NCBI GenBank assembly: GCA_963728085.1
Contig: CAVSIQ010000009.1
Coordinates: forward strand, 23,340 to 87,339
Reading direction: 5' to 3'
Source: an uncultured Actinomycetota bacterium
Lineage (GTDB): Bacteria > Actinomycetota > Actinomycetes > Propionibacteriales > Nocardioidaceae
Length of the DNA: 64,000 bases
The translations under genes were made by a program, and so were the position numbers. The notes under the pieces are model-generated. The model searched no databases. It saw only the letters and a program-made list of their open reading frames with translations, and was not told the DNA's origin. This document shows, one piece after another, positions 21,830-34,187 of the stretch; positions within the stretch are counted from its first letter, which is position 1, and each line of letters starts with the position of its first letter.

Positions 21830-23613
21830 GGGCCAGGGCCAAGGCCAGGGCCAGGGCCCGGGCGTGGTCCGCAGCGACGGCCGCCGTGCTGCTCGCCTTC
21901 CTGCTCGCCGGCTGTGTGGGCATGCCCGAGGAGGGCCCGGTGGTGGAGACGCAGCGCACCGGGATGATCGAGGACGAGCGCGCCACGGCCATCGACCCGC
22001 TGCCGCCGACGCCCGGCGCCTCGATGACGCAGATCGCCCAGGGGTTCCTCGAGGCGATGACCGCCACGCCGGCGCGCAGCAGCGTCGTGGCCAGGCAGTA
22101 CCTCTCCCGCGACGCGCGCGCCTCCTGGGACCCCGACCAGGGCACGATCGTCTACGCCGACACGCTCCCGCCGCGGGTGACCATCCAGGGCGTGACCCTG
22201 CCGCTGGTCTCCGCCGAGCGGCTCGACGAGCGGGGGGCGTGGGTCGGGGCGATCGACGAGCCGGACTCCCGGCTACGGCTGCGGATGGTGCGCGAGGACG
22301 GCGAGCTGCGCATCGTCGACCCGCCCGATGCGCTCGTGGTGCCCTCCTCGTGGTTCGAGCAGCGCTTCCGCGAGGTCTCGCTCTACTTCTTCGACCGCAC
22401 CGGCCAGATCCTGGTGCCCGAGTCGGTCTTCGTGCCGCGGGGGCGCCAGCTGGCCAGCACCCTGACCGCCGGACTGCTCGCCGGCCCGCCCGAGGGGCCG
22501 GGGCAGGTGACGCGCACCTTCATCCCCGACGGGCTCGGGATCGGCCTCTCGGTCCCCATCGACGCCGACGGGGTCGCCGAGCTCGACCTGACCGGCGACA
22601 CCCCGCCCCGCACGGGGGAGGCCGGCGAGCTGATGCTCGCCCAGCTGGAGTGGACGCTGCGCCAGGACCCGTCGATCGAGGCGCTGCGGGTCAGCATCGC
22701 GGGGCAGCCGGTCTCGCTGCCCGGGGACATCGACGAGTTCCGGGTCGACGACGGAGCGGTCTACAGCCCGACCGGCTACCAGTCCAGCACCCTGCTCTAC
22801 GGCCTGGACCGCAGCGGCCGGATGGTCGCCGGCAGCGCCGACACCCTGGCCCGGGTCTCGGGACCGCTCGGCGCGCAGTCCTACGGGCTGGGCTCGGTGG
22901 CCGTCGACCTCGGCGGCAGCGTCGCGGCCGGCGTGGGCGACGGGGGCACGTCGGTGCTGCGCGCGCCGGTGCGCCAGGACGGGACCCCGCAGGGCGTCGA
23001 GCAGATCCTCACCGGCGCCACCGACGTCCTCCCGCCGGCCTGGGACTTCTCGGGGCGGCTGTGGCTGCTGGACCGCACCGCGAGGGGTGCGCGGGTGCTC
23101 TACCTCGACACCGCCGACGCGCAGGCGCTGCCGCGTGAGCTCGAGGTCCCCGGCATCACCGGTCGCGACGTGCGCGGCTTCCTGGTCTCGCGCGACTCCA
23201 CCCGCATCGTCGCGGTCGTCCACGGCGCCTCCAGCGACCGCCTGAGCACCGCCCGCGTCGTGGTCAGCGAGAACGGCCGGGTGCGGCGCGCCGTGCGCGG
23301 CACCGAGGTCGCCCCGGAGACCGGCGGCCAGGTGCGGGTGCGCGACCTGGTGTGGGCCACGCCGACGTCGGTCGCGCTGACCAGCGGGGTGCGCCGCGAC
23401 CTGCTCGAGGTGCGCGAGGTGATCGTCGACGGGGCACCGAGCGGTCTGTCGACCCTGGCGACGACCGTCAAGGGCCCGGTGCGGGCGATCGCAGGAACCC
23501 CGGTCGAGGACCAGCCGACGCTGGTGCTGTCCGGCTCGAACCTCGTCGACGTCGGGGTCGGCGGTGTGCTCGGCCCCGGTGCGGCGCTGCGCGACATCAC
23601 CTACGCGGGCTGA
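21826..23613 (+). CDS. lpqB: Lipoprotein LpqB (GerMN + beta-propeller)
   Basis: Lipobox LLAGC, LYFFD..LVPE, LLAGP; follows mtrAB. Confidence 0.9.
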   Translation: MRARAKARARARAWSAATAAVLLAFLLAGCVGMPEEGPVVETQRTGMIEDERATAIDPLPPTPGASMTQIAQGFLEAMTATPARSSVVARQYLSRDARASWDPDQGTIVYADTLPPRVTIQGVTLPLVSAERLDERGAWVGAIDEPDSRLRLRMVREDGELRIVDPPDALVVPSSWFEQRFREVSLYFFDRTGQILVPESVFVPRGRQLASTLTAGLLAGPPEGPGQVTRTFIPDGLGIGLSVPIDADGVAELDLTGDTPPRTGEAGELMLAQLEWTLRQDPSIEALRVSIAGQPVSLPGDIDEFRVDDGAVYSPTGYQSSTLLYGLDRSGRMVAGSADTLARVSGPLGAQSYGLGSVAVDLGGSVAAGVGDGGTSVLRAPVRQDGTPQGVEQILTGATDVLPPAWDFSGRLWLLDRTARGARVLYLDTADAQALPRELEVPGITGRDVRGFLVSRDSTRIVAVVHGASSDRLSTARVVVSENGRVRRAVRGTEVAPETGGQVRVRDLVWATPTSVALTSGVRRDLLEVREVIVDGAPSGLSTLATTVKGPVRAIAGTPVEDQPTLVLSGSNLVDVGVGGVLGPGAALRDITYAG

Positions 23614-24322
23614 GCCGCGGTGCTCGGGTCGGACTTGGGACCCCGTCCTCGACCTGCTCCTCGGCGCCGCGTGCGTGGGCTGCGCGAGCCCGGGCCGGGT
23701 GTGGTGCCCCGGCTGCGCGCGCCGTCAGCGCGCCGACGCCCCGCCGCCGCGTCTGTGTGCGACCGGGGCCGGGCAGGTCTGGGCCGCGGTGGAGTGGGAG
23801 GGCGTGGCGCGCGAGGTGGTGCTCGGGCACAAGGAGCGCGGCCTGCTGGCCCTGGCCGAGCCGCTGGGCCGCTGGCTGGCCGACGCGGTCGCCGCGCTGG
23901 TCGAGGACCAGGCGCTCACTGGCCCGGTGCTGCTGGTGCCGGTGCCCTCGCGAGCCGCCGCGGTGCGCGCGCGGGGCCAGGATGCGACCCGGCGGACCTG
24001 CGCGCAGGCCGCGAGGGACCTGGGCGCCCGCGGGGTTCCGACCGCGGTGGCGCCGCTGCTGCGCCTGCGGGCCGGGGTGCGCGACCAGGCCGGTCTGGAC
24101 CGCGACGAGCGGGCCCGCAACCTCGAGGGCGCCATGAGCTGCCCCGCCCGGCTGCTGCGCCGCGGGTCCCGCCGGCACCCGCGCGGGCACCTCGTGATCT
24201 GCGACGACGTCGCGACCACCGGCGCCACCCTGCGCGAGGCCCGACGCGCGCTGGGCGCCGTGGGGCTGGCGGTGGCGGGCGCGGCCGTCGTCGCGGCGGT
24301 GCCGCCGGCGCCCCCGGGCTAA
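23564..24322 (+). CDS. comF: ComF family phosphoribosyltransferase-like protein (true start probably ~23620-23640)
   Basis: CVGC..WCPGC zinc knuckle, HKERG, LVPVPS, DQAGL..RARN, ICDDVATTGATL. Confidence 0.85.
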   Translation: MCSAPVRRCATSPTRAEPRCSGRTWDPVLDLLLGAACVGCASPGRVWCPGCARRQRADAPPPRLCATGAGQVWAAVEWEGVAREVVLGHKERGLLALAEPLGRWLADAVAALVEDQALTGPVLLVPVPSRAAAVRARGQDATRRTCAQAARDLGARGVPTAVAPLLRLRAGVRDQAGLDRDERARNLEGAMSCPARLLRRGSRRHPRGHLVICDDVATTGATLREARRALGAVGLAVAGAAVVAAVPPAPPG

Positions 24323-24358
24323 TCGGGTGGTGCGCTTCCGCCGTCGACGGCGACCCAC

Positions 24359-24364
24359 TACCGT
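24359..24364 (+). promoter_or_regulatory. -10 element (TACCGT) for the raiA-motif RNA
   Basis: TANNNT hexamer 8 nt upstream of the P1 5' strand. Confidence 0.55.
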
Positions 24365-24372
24365 CCTGTCAT

Positions 24373-24660
24373 GGAGTCCGTCCGGGTCCGTGGTTGCGCC
24401 GAGGAGGCGCCCTTCCGGGCGTCGTCGCGGCAAGCCGATGCCAGTCGCAGGCGAAACGGCCCACGTAAGACCCCTCCGGGCCCCGGCCCGGGCGCGGGTC
24501 GATCACGGTGCGGCTTAGAGGTAAGTCCTGCCCCGTCCCACCGGTCAGATGCCGGTGCCGGCGGGAGACGGCCAGTAGTGGCGCCAGAGATGGCAGACGA
24601 GCTGCGAACGCTGCGGCAGGCGGTTGTGGGGACGAAGACCAGGTCGGCCGGGCGGGCTCC
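24373..24660 (+). ncRNA. raiA: raiA motif structured ncRNA
   Basis: 13-bp closing stem GGAGTCCGTCCGG / CCGGGCGGGCTCC; conserved blocks GTGGTTG, GATGCCAGTCGCAGGCGAAACG, CCACGTAAG, GGTGCGGCTTAGAGGTAAGTCCTGCC, GAGA..AGTAGTG, GCGAA, GCAGGCG..TGTGGGG..AAGACCAGGTC; comF-[RNA]-raiA context. Confidence 0.93.
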
Positions 24661-24732
24661 TCGACCGGCATGCCAGGCACCATCCCGGTCGGTGCCCCCG
24701 CCGACCGGGCCCGTCGAGTTCAGGAGGTTCCC

Positions 24733-25389
24733 ATGGACGTCGTGGTCACAGGTCGGCACTGCGAGCTGAGCGATCGGTTCCGCACCCATGCCGAGGAGAA
24801 GCTCGCCCGGCTCGAGAAGCACGACCACCGGATCATCCGGGTGCACGTCGAGGTCGACTGCGAGCCCAACCGCCGCCAGGCCGAACGTGCGGTGCACGTG
24901 GAGCTGACCGCCTTCTCCAAGGGCCCGGTCATCCGGGCCGAGGCCGCCGCCGAGGACAAGATGGGCGCGATGGACCTCGCGCTGGACAAGATGGCCTCCC
25001 AGATGCGCCGCGCGGCGGACCGCCGCCGGGTGCACCGGGGCCGCCGCGCCCCGGTCTCGGTGGGCCAGGCCCTGTCCGAGGCGCCCCTGGACGCCGAGGC
25101 GCTGCTCGCCGACGCCCCCACCGACGCCCCCACCGACGCCCCCACCGACGACCGCGTCGACGGCCGCTCCGAGGTGCCGATCGAGGTCGAGGGCGACGGT
25201 CCGCTGGTCGTGCGGGAGAAGAGCCACCCGGCCAGCCCGATGACGCTGGACCAGGCGCTCTACGAGATGGAGCTCGTCGGCCACGACTTCTACCTCTACG
25301 TCGACTCCGAGACGCAGCGGCCCGCCGTGGTCTACCGCCGGCGCGGCTACGACTACGGGGTGATCGCGCTCGACGTCGCCGAGCAGTGA
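24733..25389 (+). CDS. hpf: Ribosome hibernation promoting factor (long HPF / RaiA, S30AE)
   Basis: MDVVVTGRH..FRTHAEEKL, VIRAEA, VVREKSH..PMTLDQALYEMELVGHDFYLY, VVYRRRGYDYGVI; AGGAGG RBS. Confidence 0.95.
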   Translation: MDVVVTGRHCELSDRFRTHAEEKLARLEKHDHRIIRVHVEVDCEPNRRQAERAVHVELTAFSKGPVIRAEAAAEDKMGAMDLALDKMASQMRRAADRRRVHRGRRAPVSVGQALSEAPLDAEALLADAPTDAPTDAPTDDRVDGRSEVPIEVEGDGPLVVREKSHPASPMTLDQALYEMELVGHDFYLYVDSETQRPAVVYRRRGYDYGVIALDVAEQ

Positions 25390-25422
25390 CCCGCGAGGGT
25401 CGCGCCGTGCGATGATGCGGGG

Positions 25423-26118
25423 GTGGCAGACACCCGTCCCACCCCCGCACCCCCCGGCTCGGAGCCGGTCCGTGTGCTCGTGGTCGACGACCAGCAGCTC
25501 TTCCGGCGCGGCATGACGATGCTGCTCGCCGTCGAGGACGGCCTCGAGGTCGTCGGCGAGGCCGGGGACGGCGAGGAGGGCACCGCGCTGGCGATCAGCG
25601 CCGCCCCCGACGTGGTCCTGCTCGACGTCCGGATGCCCAAGCGCTCGGGCATCGAGGCCTGCCGGGCGATCAAGGAGGCCGTGCCCTCGACGAAGATCAT
25701 CATGCTGACCGTCTCCGACGAGGAGAGCGACCTCTACGAGGCCGTCAAGAGCGGTGCCTCGGGCTACCTGCTCAAGGACTCCTCCATCGAGGAGGTCGCA
25801 CAGGCCGTGCGCGTGGTGGTCGAGGGCCAGTCGCTGATCAGCCCCTCGATGGCGGTCAAGCTGATCGACGAGTTCAAGCAGATGTCGCGCCCCGAGCGCC
25901 AGACCTCGGCCGCGCTGCGCCTGACCGAGCGCGAGATGGACGTGCTGCGCCTGGTCGCCAAGGGCCTGAACAACCGCGAGATCGCCCGGCGGCTGACGAT
26001 CAGCGAGAACACCGTGAAGAACCACGTCCGCAACATCCTGGAGAAGCTCCAGCTGCACTCCCGCATGGAGGCCGTCATGTACGCCTTCAAGGAGAAGCTG
26101 CTCGAGCTGCCCACCTGA
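25423..26118 (+). CDS. NarL/LuxR family response regulator (no adjacent kinase)
   Basis: VLVVDDQ, LDVRMP, GYLLKD, LTEREMDVL..N.EIA..L.ISENTVKNHVRNILEKL. Confidence 0.93.
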   Translation: MADTRPTPAPPGSEPVRVLVVDDQQLFRRGMTMLLAVEDGLEVVGEAGDGEEGTALAISAAPDVVLLDVRMPKRSGIEACRAIKEAVPSTKIIMLTVSDEESDLYEAVKSGASGYLLKDSSIEEVAQAVRVVVEGQSLISPSMAVKLIDEFKQMSRPERQTSAALRLTEREMDVLRLVAKGLNNREIARRLTISENTVKNHVRNILEKLQLHSRMEAVMYAFKEKLLELPT

Positions 26119-26125
26119 GGCGCTG

Positions 26126-27352
26126 GTGCCGCCACCGCCGTCGCTGTCGCGGGCCCAGGCCCGACGGGTCGCCCTCGCGGCCCAGGGGTTCCTCGACCCG
26201 CGCCACGAGCCGCCGACGATGCGCACGTTCGCGCGGACCGTGCAGCGCACCGGGGTGCTGCAGGTGGACTCGGTCAACGTGCTCGCCCGCGCGCACCTGG
26301 TACCGCTGTACTCGCGGATGGGCCCCTACGACACCGACCTGCTGCGCCGGGCCTCCGAGCAGCGCCCGCGCCGGGTGGTGGAGTACTGGGCGCACGTGCA
26401 GGCCCTAATGCCCGTCGAGCTCTGGCCGGCGATGGAGCACCGCCGCGCGGCCTACCGCGCGCGGCGCGGGAAGTGGCGGGTGCTGGCGGAGGACCCGGGC
26501 CTCGAGGCGGCGCTGGTCGCCGAGATCCGCGACCGCGGCGCCTGCACGGCCCGCGAGCTCGACGACGGCCTGCCGCGATCGAGGGACCACTGGGGGTGGA
26601 ACTGGTCGCGCGAGCGGCAGGTCCTGGACTACCTGTTCACCACCGGCGAGCTGGCCATCGCGGGGCGCACCGGCTCCTTCGAGGTGCGCTACGACCTCAC
26701 CGAGCGGGTGCTGCCGCGCGCCGTGCTCGCCCGGGAGACGCCCAGCGTGGCCGAGCAGCACCGCGAGCTGGTCGCCCGTGCGGCCCGCTCGCACGGGGTG
26801 GCCACGCTGCGCTGCCTGGCCGACTACTACCGGATGGACCAGCGCCAGGTGCGCCCCGCGGTGGCCTCGCTCGAGGAGGCCGGCGAGCTCGTCGCGGTGC
26901 GCGTCGAGGGTTGGGACCGCGCGGCCTGGCTGCACCGCGACGCGCGCCGTCCGCGCCGCGTGCGCGCCCGGGCGCTGCTGAGCCCCTTCGACCCGCTGGT
27001 GTGGGAGCGCGAGCGCACCGAGCGGCTCTTCGACTTCCGCTACCGCATCGAGATCTACGTCCCGGCCGAGAAGCGGGTGCACGGCTACTACGTGCTGCCC
27101 TTCCTGCTCGGCGAGGCGCTGGTCGGCCGGGTCGACCTCAAGGCCGACCGCCAGCACGGCGTCCTGCGGGTGCGGTCGGCGTTCGCCGAGCCCGACGCGC
27201 CGCCCGAGACCGCCGAGGAGCTCGCCGCCGAGCTGGTCGTCCTGGCCGGCTGGCTGGGTCTCGACGACGTGCGGGTGGAGGATCGCGGCGATCTGTCCCC
27301 GGCGCTGGCCCACGCCCTCACCCGGCTGGGTAGCATGACGAGGCCGACGTGA
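26126..27352 (+). CDS. YcaQ/HTH_42 family interstrand-crosslink DNA glycosylase
   Basis: [19 protein letters not shown] (QxD), [31 protein letters not shown]. Confidence 0.88.
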   Translation: MPPPPSLSRAQARRVALAAQGFLDPRHEPPTMRTFARTVQRTGVLQVDSVNVLARAHLVPLYSRMGPYDTDLLRRASEQRPRRVVEYWAHVQALMPVELWPAMEHRRAAYRARRGKWRVLAEDPGLEAALVAEIRDRGACTARELDDGLPRSRDHWGWNWSRERQVLDYLFTTGELAIAGRTGSFEVRYDLTERVLPRAVLARETPSVAEQHRELVARAARSHGVATLRCLADYYRMDQRQVRPAVASLEEAGELVAVRVEGWDRAAWLHRDARRPRRVRARALLSPFDPLVWERERTERLFDFRYRIEIYVPAEKRVHGYYVLPFLLGEALVGRVDLKADRQHGVLRVRSAFAEPDAPPETAEELAAELVVLAGWLGLDDVRVEDRGDLSPALAHALTRLGSMTRPT

Positions 27353-27389
27353 GCCTGCGTCGACCCCCCAGTCAAGGAGCCACCGCACC

Positions 27390-30206
<2,817 letters not shown>

Positions 30207-30213
30207 GTCGGTC

Positions 30214-30687
30214 TCAGGCGAAGTCGAGGGCGGTGCAGACCCAGCGGTCGCGCCGCCACTCGAACCGTGTCGCCACGGCGCGCGAGCGCGCGCCGTGGGC
30301 GACGTGGACCGCGGCCTCCACCACGTGGGCGGTGACCACGCAGGTGTGCACGCTGCGCACCCGCGGACTGGCCGGCTGGACCCGACCCACGCCCGGGGTG
30401 TGCCCGCCGGCGCGGGCGACCAGCCAGGCCCGCCGCTGCACGTCGGCGTAGACCTCGCGGCTGGTCCACCGGGCGAGCTGGCTCGCGGGCCGGTCGCCGC
30501 CGACGATCTCCATCGTGGCCTGCACGACCCGGTGCGCCCAGACCTCGACGGCGCGCGCGGCGTCCGGGTCGCGGTGCACCACCGGTGGCGGCGGGGGTTC
30601 GCGGCGCGGCTGCAGGGCCAGGGCGAGCGTGCCCTGGACGGAGGCGACGGGGATGCGCGGGCGCAACGCGACGACGGTGTGGGACAT
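30214..30687 (-). CDS. Rv3235 family protein
   Basis: EIVGGDRPASQL.RW, VEAAVHV..G.RSRAVA.R.E....RW.CTAL; convergent on secA. Confidence 0.82.
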   Translation of the reverse strand: MSHTVVALRPRIPVASVQGTLALALQPRREPPPPPVVHRDPDAARAVEVWAHRVVQATMEIVGGDRPASQLARWTSREVYADVQRRAWLVARAGGHTPGVGRVQPASPRVRSVHTCVVTAHVVEAAVHVAHGARSRAVATRFEWRRDRWVCTALDFA

Positions 30688-30733
30688 GGTGCTCCTCGGC
30701 GAGGGTCGGGTGGGGTGGGTGGTCGGGTGCTGC

Positions 30734-31402
30734 TCAGGGCGTCGTGGTGCGGGGGGCCTCGGGTGGTGCGAGGCGCTGCCCGGGAAGGATCAGGTCGGGG
30801 TCGGGCCCGACGGCGGTCGCGTTGCGGGCGTAGAGCGCGCGCCACGCGGCGTCGATCTCGGCGTCGCTCGCACCGGGCCCGAGGCGGCGGGCGGCGATGG
30901 ACCACAGCGAGTCACCCGGCGCGACGACGACCGGTCCCGGTGCCGACCCGTCCGGCACTCCGGGCCCGGGTGCGGCCGGCGGCGTGGTCGCACGCCCCCG
31001 GGGCAGCTCGGGCAGCGGGAGGCCCGGGACGAGGACCGGACGGCTGCTGCCGTCGGCGGAGGACGGGGGAGCGGCGCCGGCGGCCAGCGCCGGTGGGGCC
31101 GCCCCCGCGACCAGCGCGACCCCGCACCCGGCGAGCACCGCGCGGTGCCACCACCGCGGGACCCCGGGCACGCCGTCGGTCCGGGCGCGTCGCGCGGTGA
31201 CCACGACGACTACCGATCCCAGCCACAACCACGCGACGGCGAGGCAGCACAGTGCGGCGCAGAGCCGCACCAGCAGGTCGTCGAACGCCGCAGGCGCGGG
31301 GGCGGGGGCCACGGCGACCGGGAGACAGAGACCCAGGAGACCCGCGGCGGCCGCGGTCGAGGCCAGGCCGACCAGTGCGCGTCGTGCTCCTGCGGTGCCC
31401 AC
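30734..31402 (-). CDS. Membrane-anchored LysM peptidoglycan-binding protein
   Basis: TM segments, then VVAPGDSLWSIAARRL..LYARN..GPDPDLILPGQRL. Confidence 0.88.
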   Translation of the reverse strand: MGTAGARRALVGLASTAAAAGLLGLCLPVAVAPAPAPAAFDDLLVRLCAALCCLAVAWLWLGSVVVVVTARRARTDGVPGVPRWWHRAVLAGCGVALVAGAAPPALAAGAAPPSSADGSSRPVLVPGLPLPELPRGRATTPPAAPGPGVPDGSAPGPVVVAPGDSLWSIAARRLGPGASDAEIDAAWRALYARNATAVGPDPDLILPGQRLAPPEAPRTTTP

Positions 31403-31532
31403 GGTGCCCCCCGATTCGGACGTTTGCCTGTGTTTGCTTCAGTAGGCGACAGTCAACGGATGCTTGGCCGGTGGGTCAAGAGCTCCTCCACAGGTGCGGC
31501 GCGCAGGCGCCCCGACGTGGCAGGCTGCGGCG

Positions 31533-32069
31533 ATGGGCTGGGAGGAGCATCTGGTCGACCTCTTCGAGGACCTCGAGCACCAGGCGCAGGCGCTCGCGGA
31601 CGCGGAACGCGCGCCCGAGCTGGCCGACCGCAGCCGGGCGGAGTACCGCAGCGTGACCCTGGCCGGTCGGCTGATGGCCTCCCTCGAGCGCGACGTCGCC
31701 CTGGGCGTCGAGGGCGCCGGACGCCTGGAGGGTCGCCTCGAGCGGGTGGGCTCGGGGTGGTGCCTGCTCTCCGGCGTGGGCGGTCAGGACTGGCTGGTCC
31801 GCCTGGCGGCCCTGGGCTCGGTCGTCGGGGCCTCGGAGCGCGCGGTGCCCGAGGTCGCCTGGTCGCGGGTCGCGACGCTCGGGCTGGGCGCGGCGCTGCG
31901 GCGTCTGGCGCAGGAGGAGCAGCGCTGCCTGGTCCACCTGCGTGACGGGGACCGGATCGACGGCGTGCTGGAGCGGGTCGGGTCCGACTTCGTCGAGGTC
32001 CGGGTCCCCGTCGGCCGGGTCACGCTGGTCGCGTTCACGGCCCTCGCCGCGGTGCAGAGCCGCGGCTGA
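31533..32069 (+). CDS. Conserved actinobacterial hypothetical protein
   Basis: W..LFEDLE.Q, duplicated 'G.LERVG.(D/G)' Sm-like repeats; usual neighbour of the LysM gene. Confidence 0.7.
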   Translation: MGWEEHLVDLFEDLEHQAQALADAERAPELADRSRAEYRSVTLAGRLMASLERDVALGVEGAGRLEGRLERVGSGWCLLSGVGGQDWLVRLAALGSVVGASERAVPEVAWSRVATLGLGAALRRLAQEEQRCLVHLRDGDRIDGVLERVGSDFVEVRVPVGRVTLVAFTALAAVQSRG

Positions 32070-32127
32070 GGGCCGACGTGTGCCTTGCTCGCACCCGGTG
32101 CGAGAGACCCACAGGTCGGGGGGAGCC

Positions 32128-32454
32128 TCAGGTGGCCTCGGTGTCGTAGGGCGGGACCTCGCCCTCGGCGAGGGTGGCGCGCGCGCTCGAGGCGCGCCGC
32201 TCCTCCTCGTCGGCCTCCTCCATCGCCTCCATGATGTGGCGGCGGACGACCGAGCGCGGGTCGAGGTCGCGCAGCTCGAGGTCGGCGTACTCGGGGCCGA
32301 GCTCGCTGCGCAGCTCGTCGCGCGCGTTGTTGGCCAGGTTGCGCACCTGGCGGGCCAGCTGGCCCGCCTGCTTGGCCAGGTCCGGGAGCTTGTCGGGTCC
32401 GAAGACGAGGATCGCCACGAACGCGATGACGACGAGCTCGGCGAACCCTGGCAC
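32128..32454 (-). CDS. tatB: Sec-independent (Tat) translocase TatB-like
   Basis: ELVVIAFVAILVFGPDKLP, ELGPE, DLDPR, PPYDTEAT. Confidence 0.88.
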   Translation of the reverse strand: MPGFAELVVIAFVAILVFGPDKLPDLAKQAGQLARQVRNLANNARDELRSELGPEYADLELRDLDPRSVVRRHIMEAMEEADEEERRASSARATLAEGEVPPYDTEAT

Positions 32455-32457
32455 GTC

Positions 32458-33636
32458 TCAGACCTTACTGGTCGGAGACAGTCCCAGCTGGCGTCCGGCC
32501 AGACCGCGTCCGCGACCGGCGATCACCTCGGCGATGCCCTGCAGCGCGGTGGCGGCCGGCGAGGTCGGATCGGCCTCGACGACGGGCTTGCCGACGTCGC
32601 CGCCCTCGCGCAGGGAGATGTCGAGGGGGATGCGGCCCACGACGTCCACGGCGTAGCCGAAGCGCTCCGAGAGGGTGGCCGCGACGCGGTCGCCGCCACC
32701 GGTGCCGAAGATCTCGAGGCGGTGGTCCTCCTCGGCCGAGCAGTGCGGGCAGGGCAGGTAGGACATGTTCTCCACGACGCCGATGACGCGCTGGTGCATC
32801 ATCGAGGCCATCGTGCCGGCGCGCTCGGCGACCTCGGCCGCGGCCTCCTGCGGCGTGGTGACCACGAGGACCTCGGCGCCGGGCAGGTGCTGGCCCAGGG
32901 AGATGGCGACGTCGCCGGTGCCCGGGGGCAGGTCGAGCAGGAGGACGTCGAGGTCGCCCCAGTAGACGTCGGAGAGCATCTGGACCAGCGCGCGGTCGAG
33001 CATCGGGCCGCGCCAGGCCACCACCTGGTCGCGGCGCGGCTTGAGCATGCCGATCGAGATCACCGAGACGCCGCTGGGCGTGGGCACGGGCATGATCAGG
33101 TCCTCGACCTGGGTGGGCCGGGTGTCGGCGATGCCGAGCATGGCCGGCACCGAGTGGCCGTAGACGTCGGCGTCGACGAGGCCGACCGCCAGGCCCTTCT
33201 TGGCCAGGGCCAGCGCCAGGTTCACCGTCACCGAGGACTTGCCGACGCCGCCCTTGCCGCTGGCCACCGCGTAGACCTTGGTCAGTGAACCGGCCTGGGC
33301 GAACGGGATCTCGCGCTGGGCCTGACCGCCGCGCAGGCCCTCCTGCAGCTCGCTGCGCTGCTCGGAGGTCATCACGCCGAGGGTGAGCGCGACGTCGTGG
33401 ATCCCCTCGACCTTGCTGACGGCCGCGGTGACCTCGCGGTTGATGGTCTCCTTGAGCGGGCAGCCGGCCACGGTCAGCAGGACCCGGATGCGGGCGAGGC
33501 CCGCCTCGTCGACCTCGACGGTGTCGACCATGCCGAGCTCGGTGATCGGCTTCTTGATCTCGGGGTCGTCGACGGTGGCCAGCGCCGCGTGGACGCGATC
33601 GAGGAGAGGGTCGCGGGTCTCGCCGGAAGTGCTCAT
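32458..33636 (-). CDS. mrp: Mrp/NBP35 Fe-S carrier ATPase
   Basis: DPEIKKPITELGMV, GCPL, ASGKGGVGKS, WRGPM, DLPPGTGD, VENMS. Confidence 0.94.
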   Translation of the reverse strand: MSTSGETRDPLLDRVHAALATVDDPEIKKPITELGMVDTVEVDEAGLARIRVLLTVAGCPLKETINREVTAAVSKVEGIHDVALTLGVMTSEQRSELQEGLRGGQAQREIPFAQAGSLTKVYAVASGKGGVGKSSVTVNLALALAKKGLAVGLVDADVYGHSVPAMLGIADTRPTQVEDLIMPVPTPSGVSVISIGMLKPRRDQVVAWRGPMLDRALVQMLSDVYWGDLDVLLLDLPPGTGDVAISLGQHLPGAEVLVVTTPQEAAAEVAERAGTMASMMHQRVIGVVENMSYLPCPHCSAEEDHRLEIFGTGGGDRVAATLSERFGYAVDVVGRIPLDISLREGGDVGKPVVEADPTSPAATALQGIAEVIAGRGRGLAGRQLGLSPTSKV

Positions 33637-33671
33637 GGGGCCTGAGTCTAGGTGGGCCCCCTGATCACCCC

Positions 33672-34187
33672 TCAGCGGTCCTCGGGCGCCTCCGGCGCGG
33701 TCCAGCGGTCCTCGAGGTCGCTGAGCAGCGAGCGCAGCTCGGAGCGCATGAAGTCACGGGTGGCGACCTCGCCCACCGACATGCGCAGCGAGGCCACCTC
33801 GCGGGCCAGGAACTCCATGTCGGCGTGACCGCGGGCGTTGGCCTGGCGGTCCTGCTCGGCCACGACCTTGTCCCGGGTCTCCTGCCGGTTCTGGGCCAGC
33901 AGGATCAGCGGCGCCGCGTAGGAGGCCTGCAGGCTGAGCATCAGGGTGAGGAAGATGAAGGGGTAGTCGTCCCAGCGCCACGCAGGCGGCGCGAGCAGGT
34001 TCCAGGCGATCCACACGGCCACGAACAGCGTCATGTAGAGCAGGAACGCCGCGGTGCCCATGAAGCGGGCGAACGACTCGGCGAACGTCCCGAAGGTGTC
34101 GGGGTCGTAGGCCGGGCGGCGCACCAGCGCGCGACGCGTCTCGCGCGGGGTGTCCAGGCGGCTGCGGGGGGAGCGGGGCTCAGCCAC
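33672..34187 (-). CDS. DUF1003 membrane protein
   Basis: ARFMGT, DYPFIFLTLMLSLQASYAAPLILLAQNRQ. Confidence 0.9.
   Translation of the reverse strand: MAEPRSPRSRLDTPRETRRALVRRPAYDPDTFGTFAESFARFMGTAAFLLYMTLFVAVWIAWNLLAPPAWRWDDYPFIFLTLMLSLQASYAAPLILLAQNRQETRDKVVAEQDRQANARGHADMEFLAREVASLRMSVGEVATRDFMRSELRSLLSDLEDRWTAPEAPEDR

Noticed and set aside
24508-24732. N-terminal extension of HPF in the ORF track
   Set aside because: It runs through the raiA RNA. The real start is ATG 24733 after AGGAGG.
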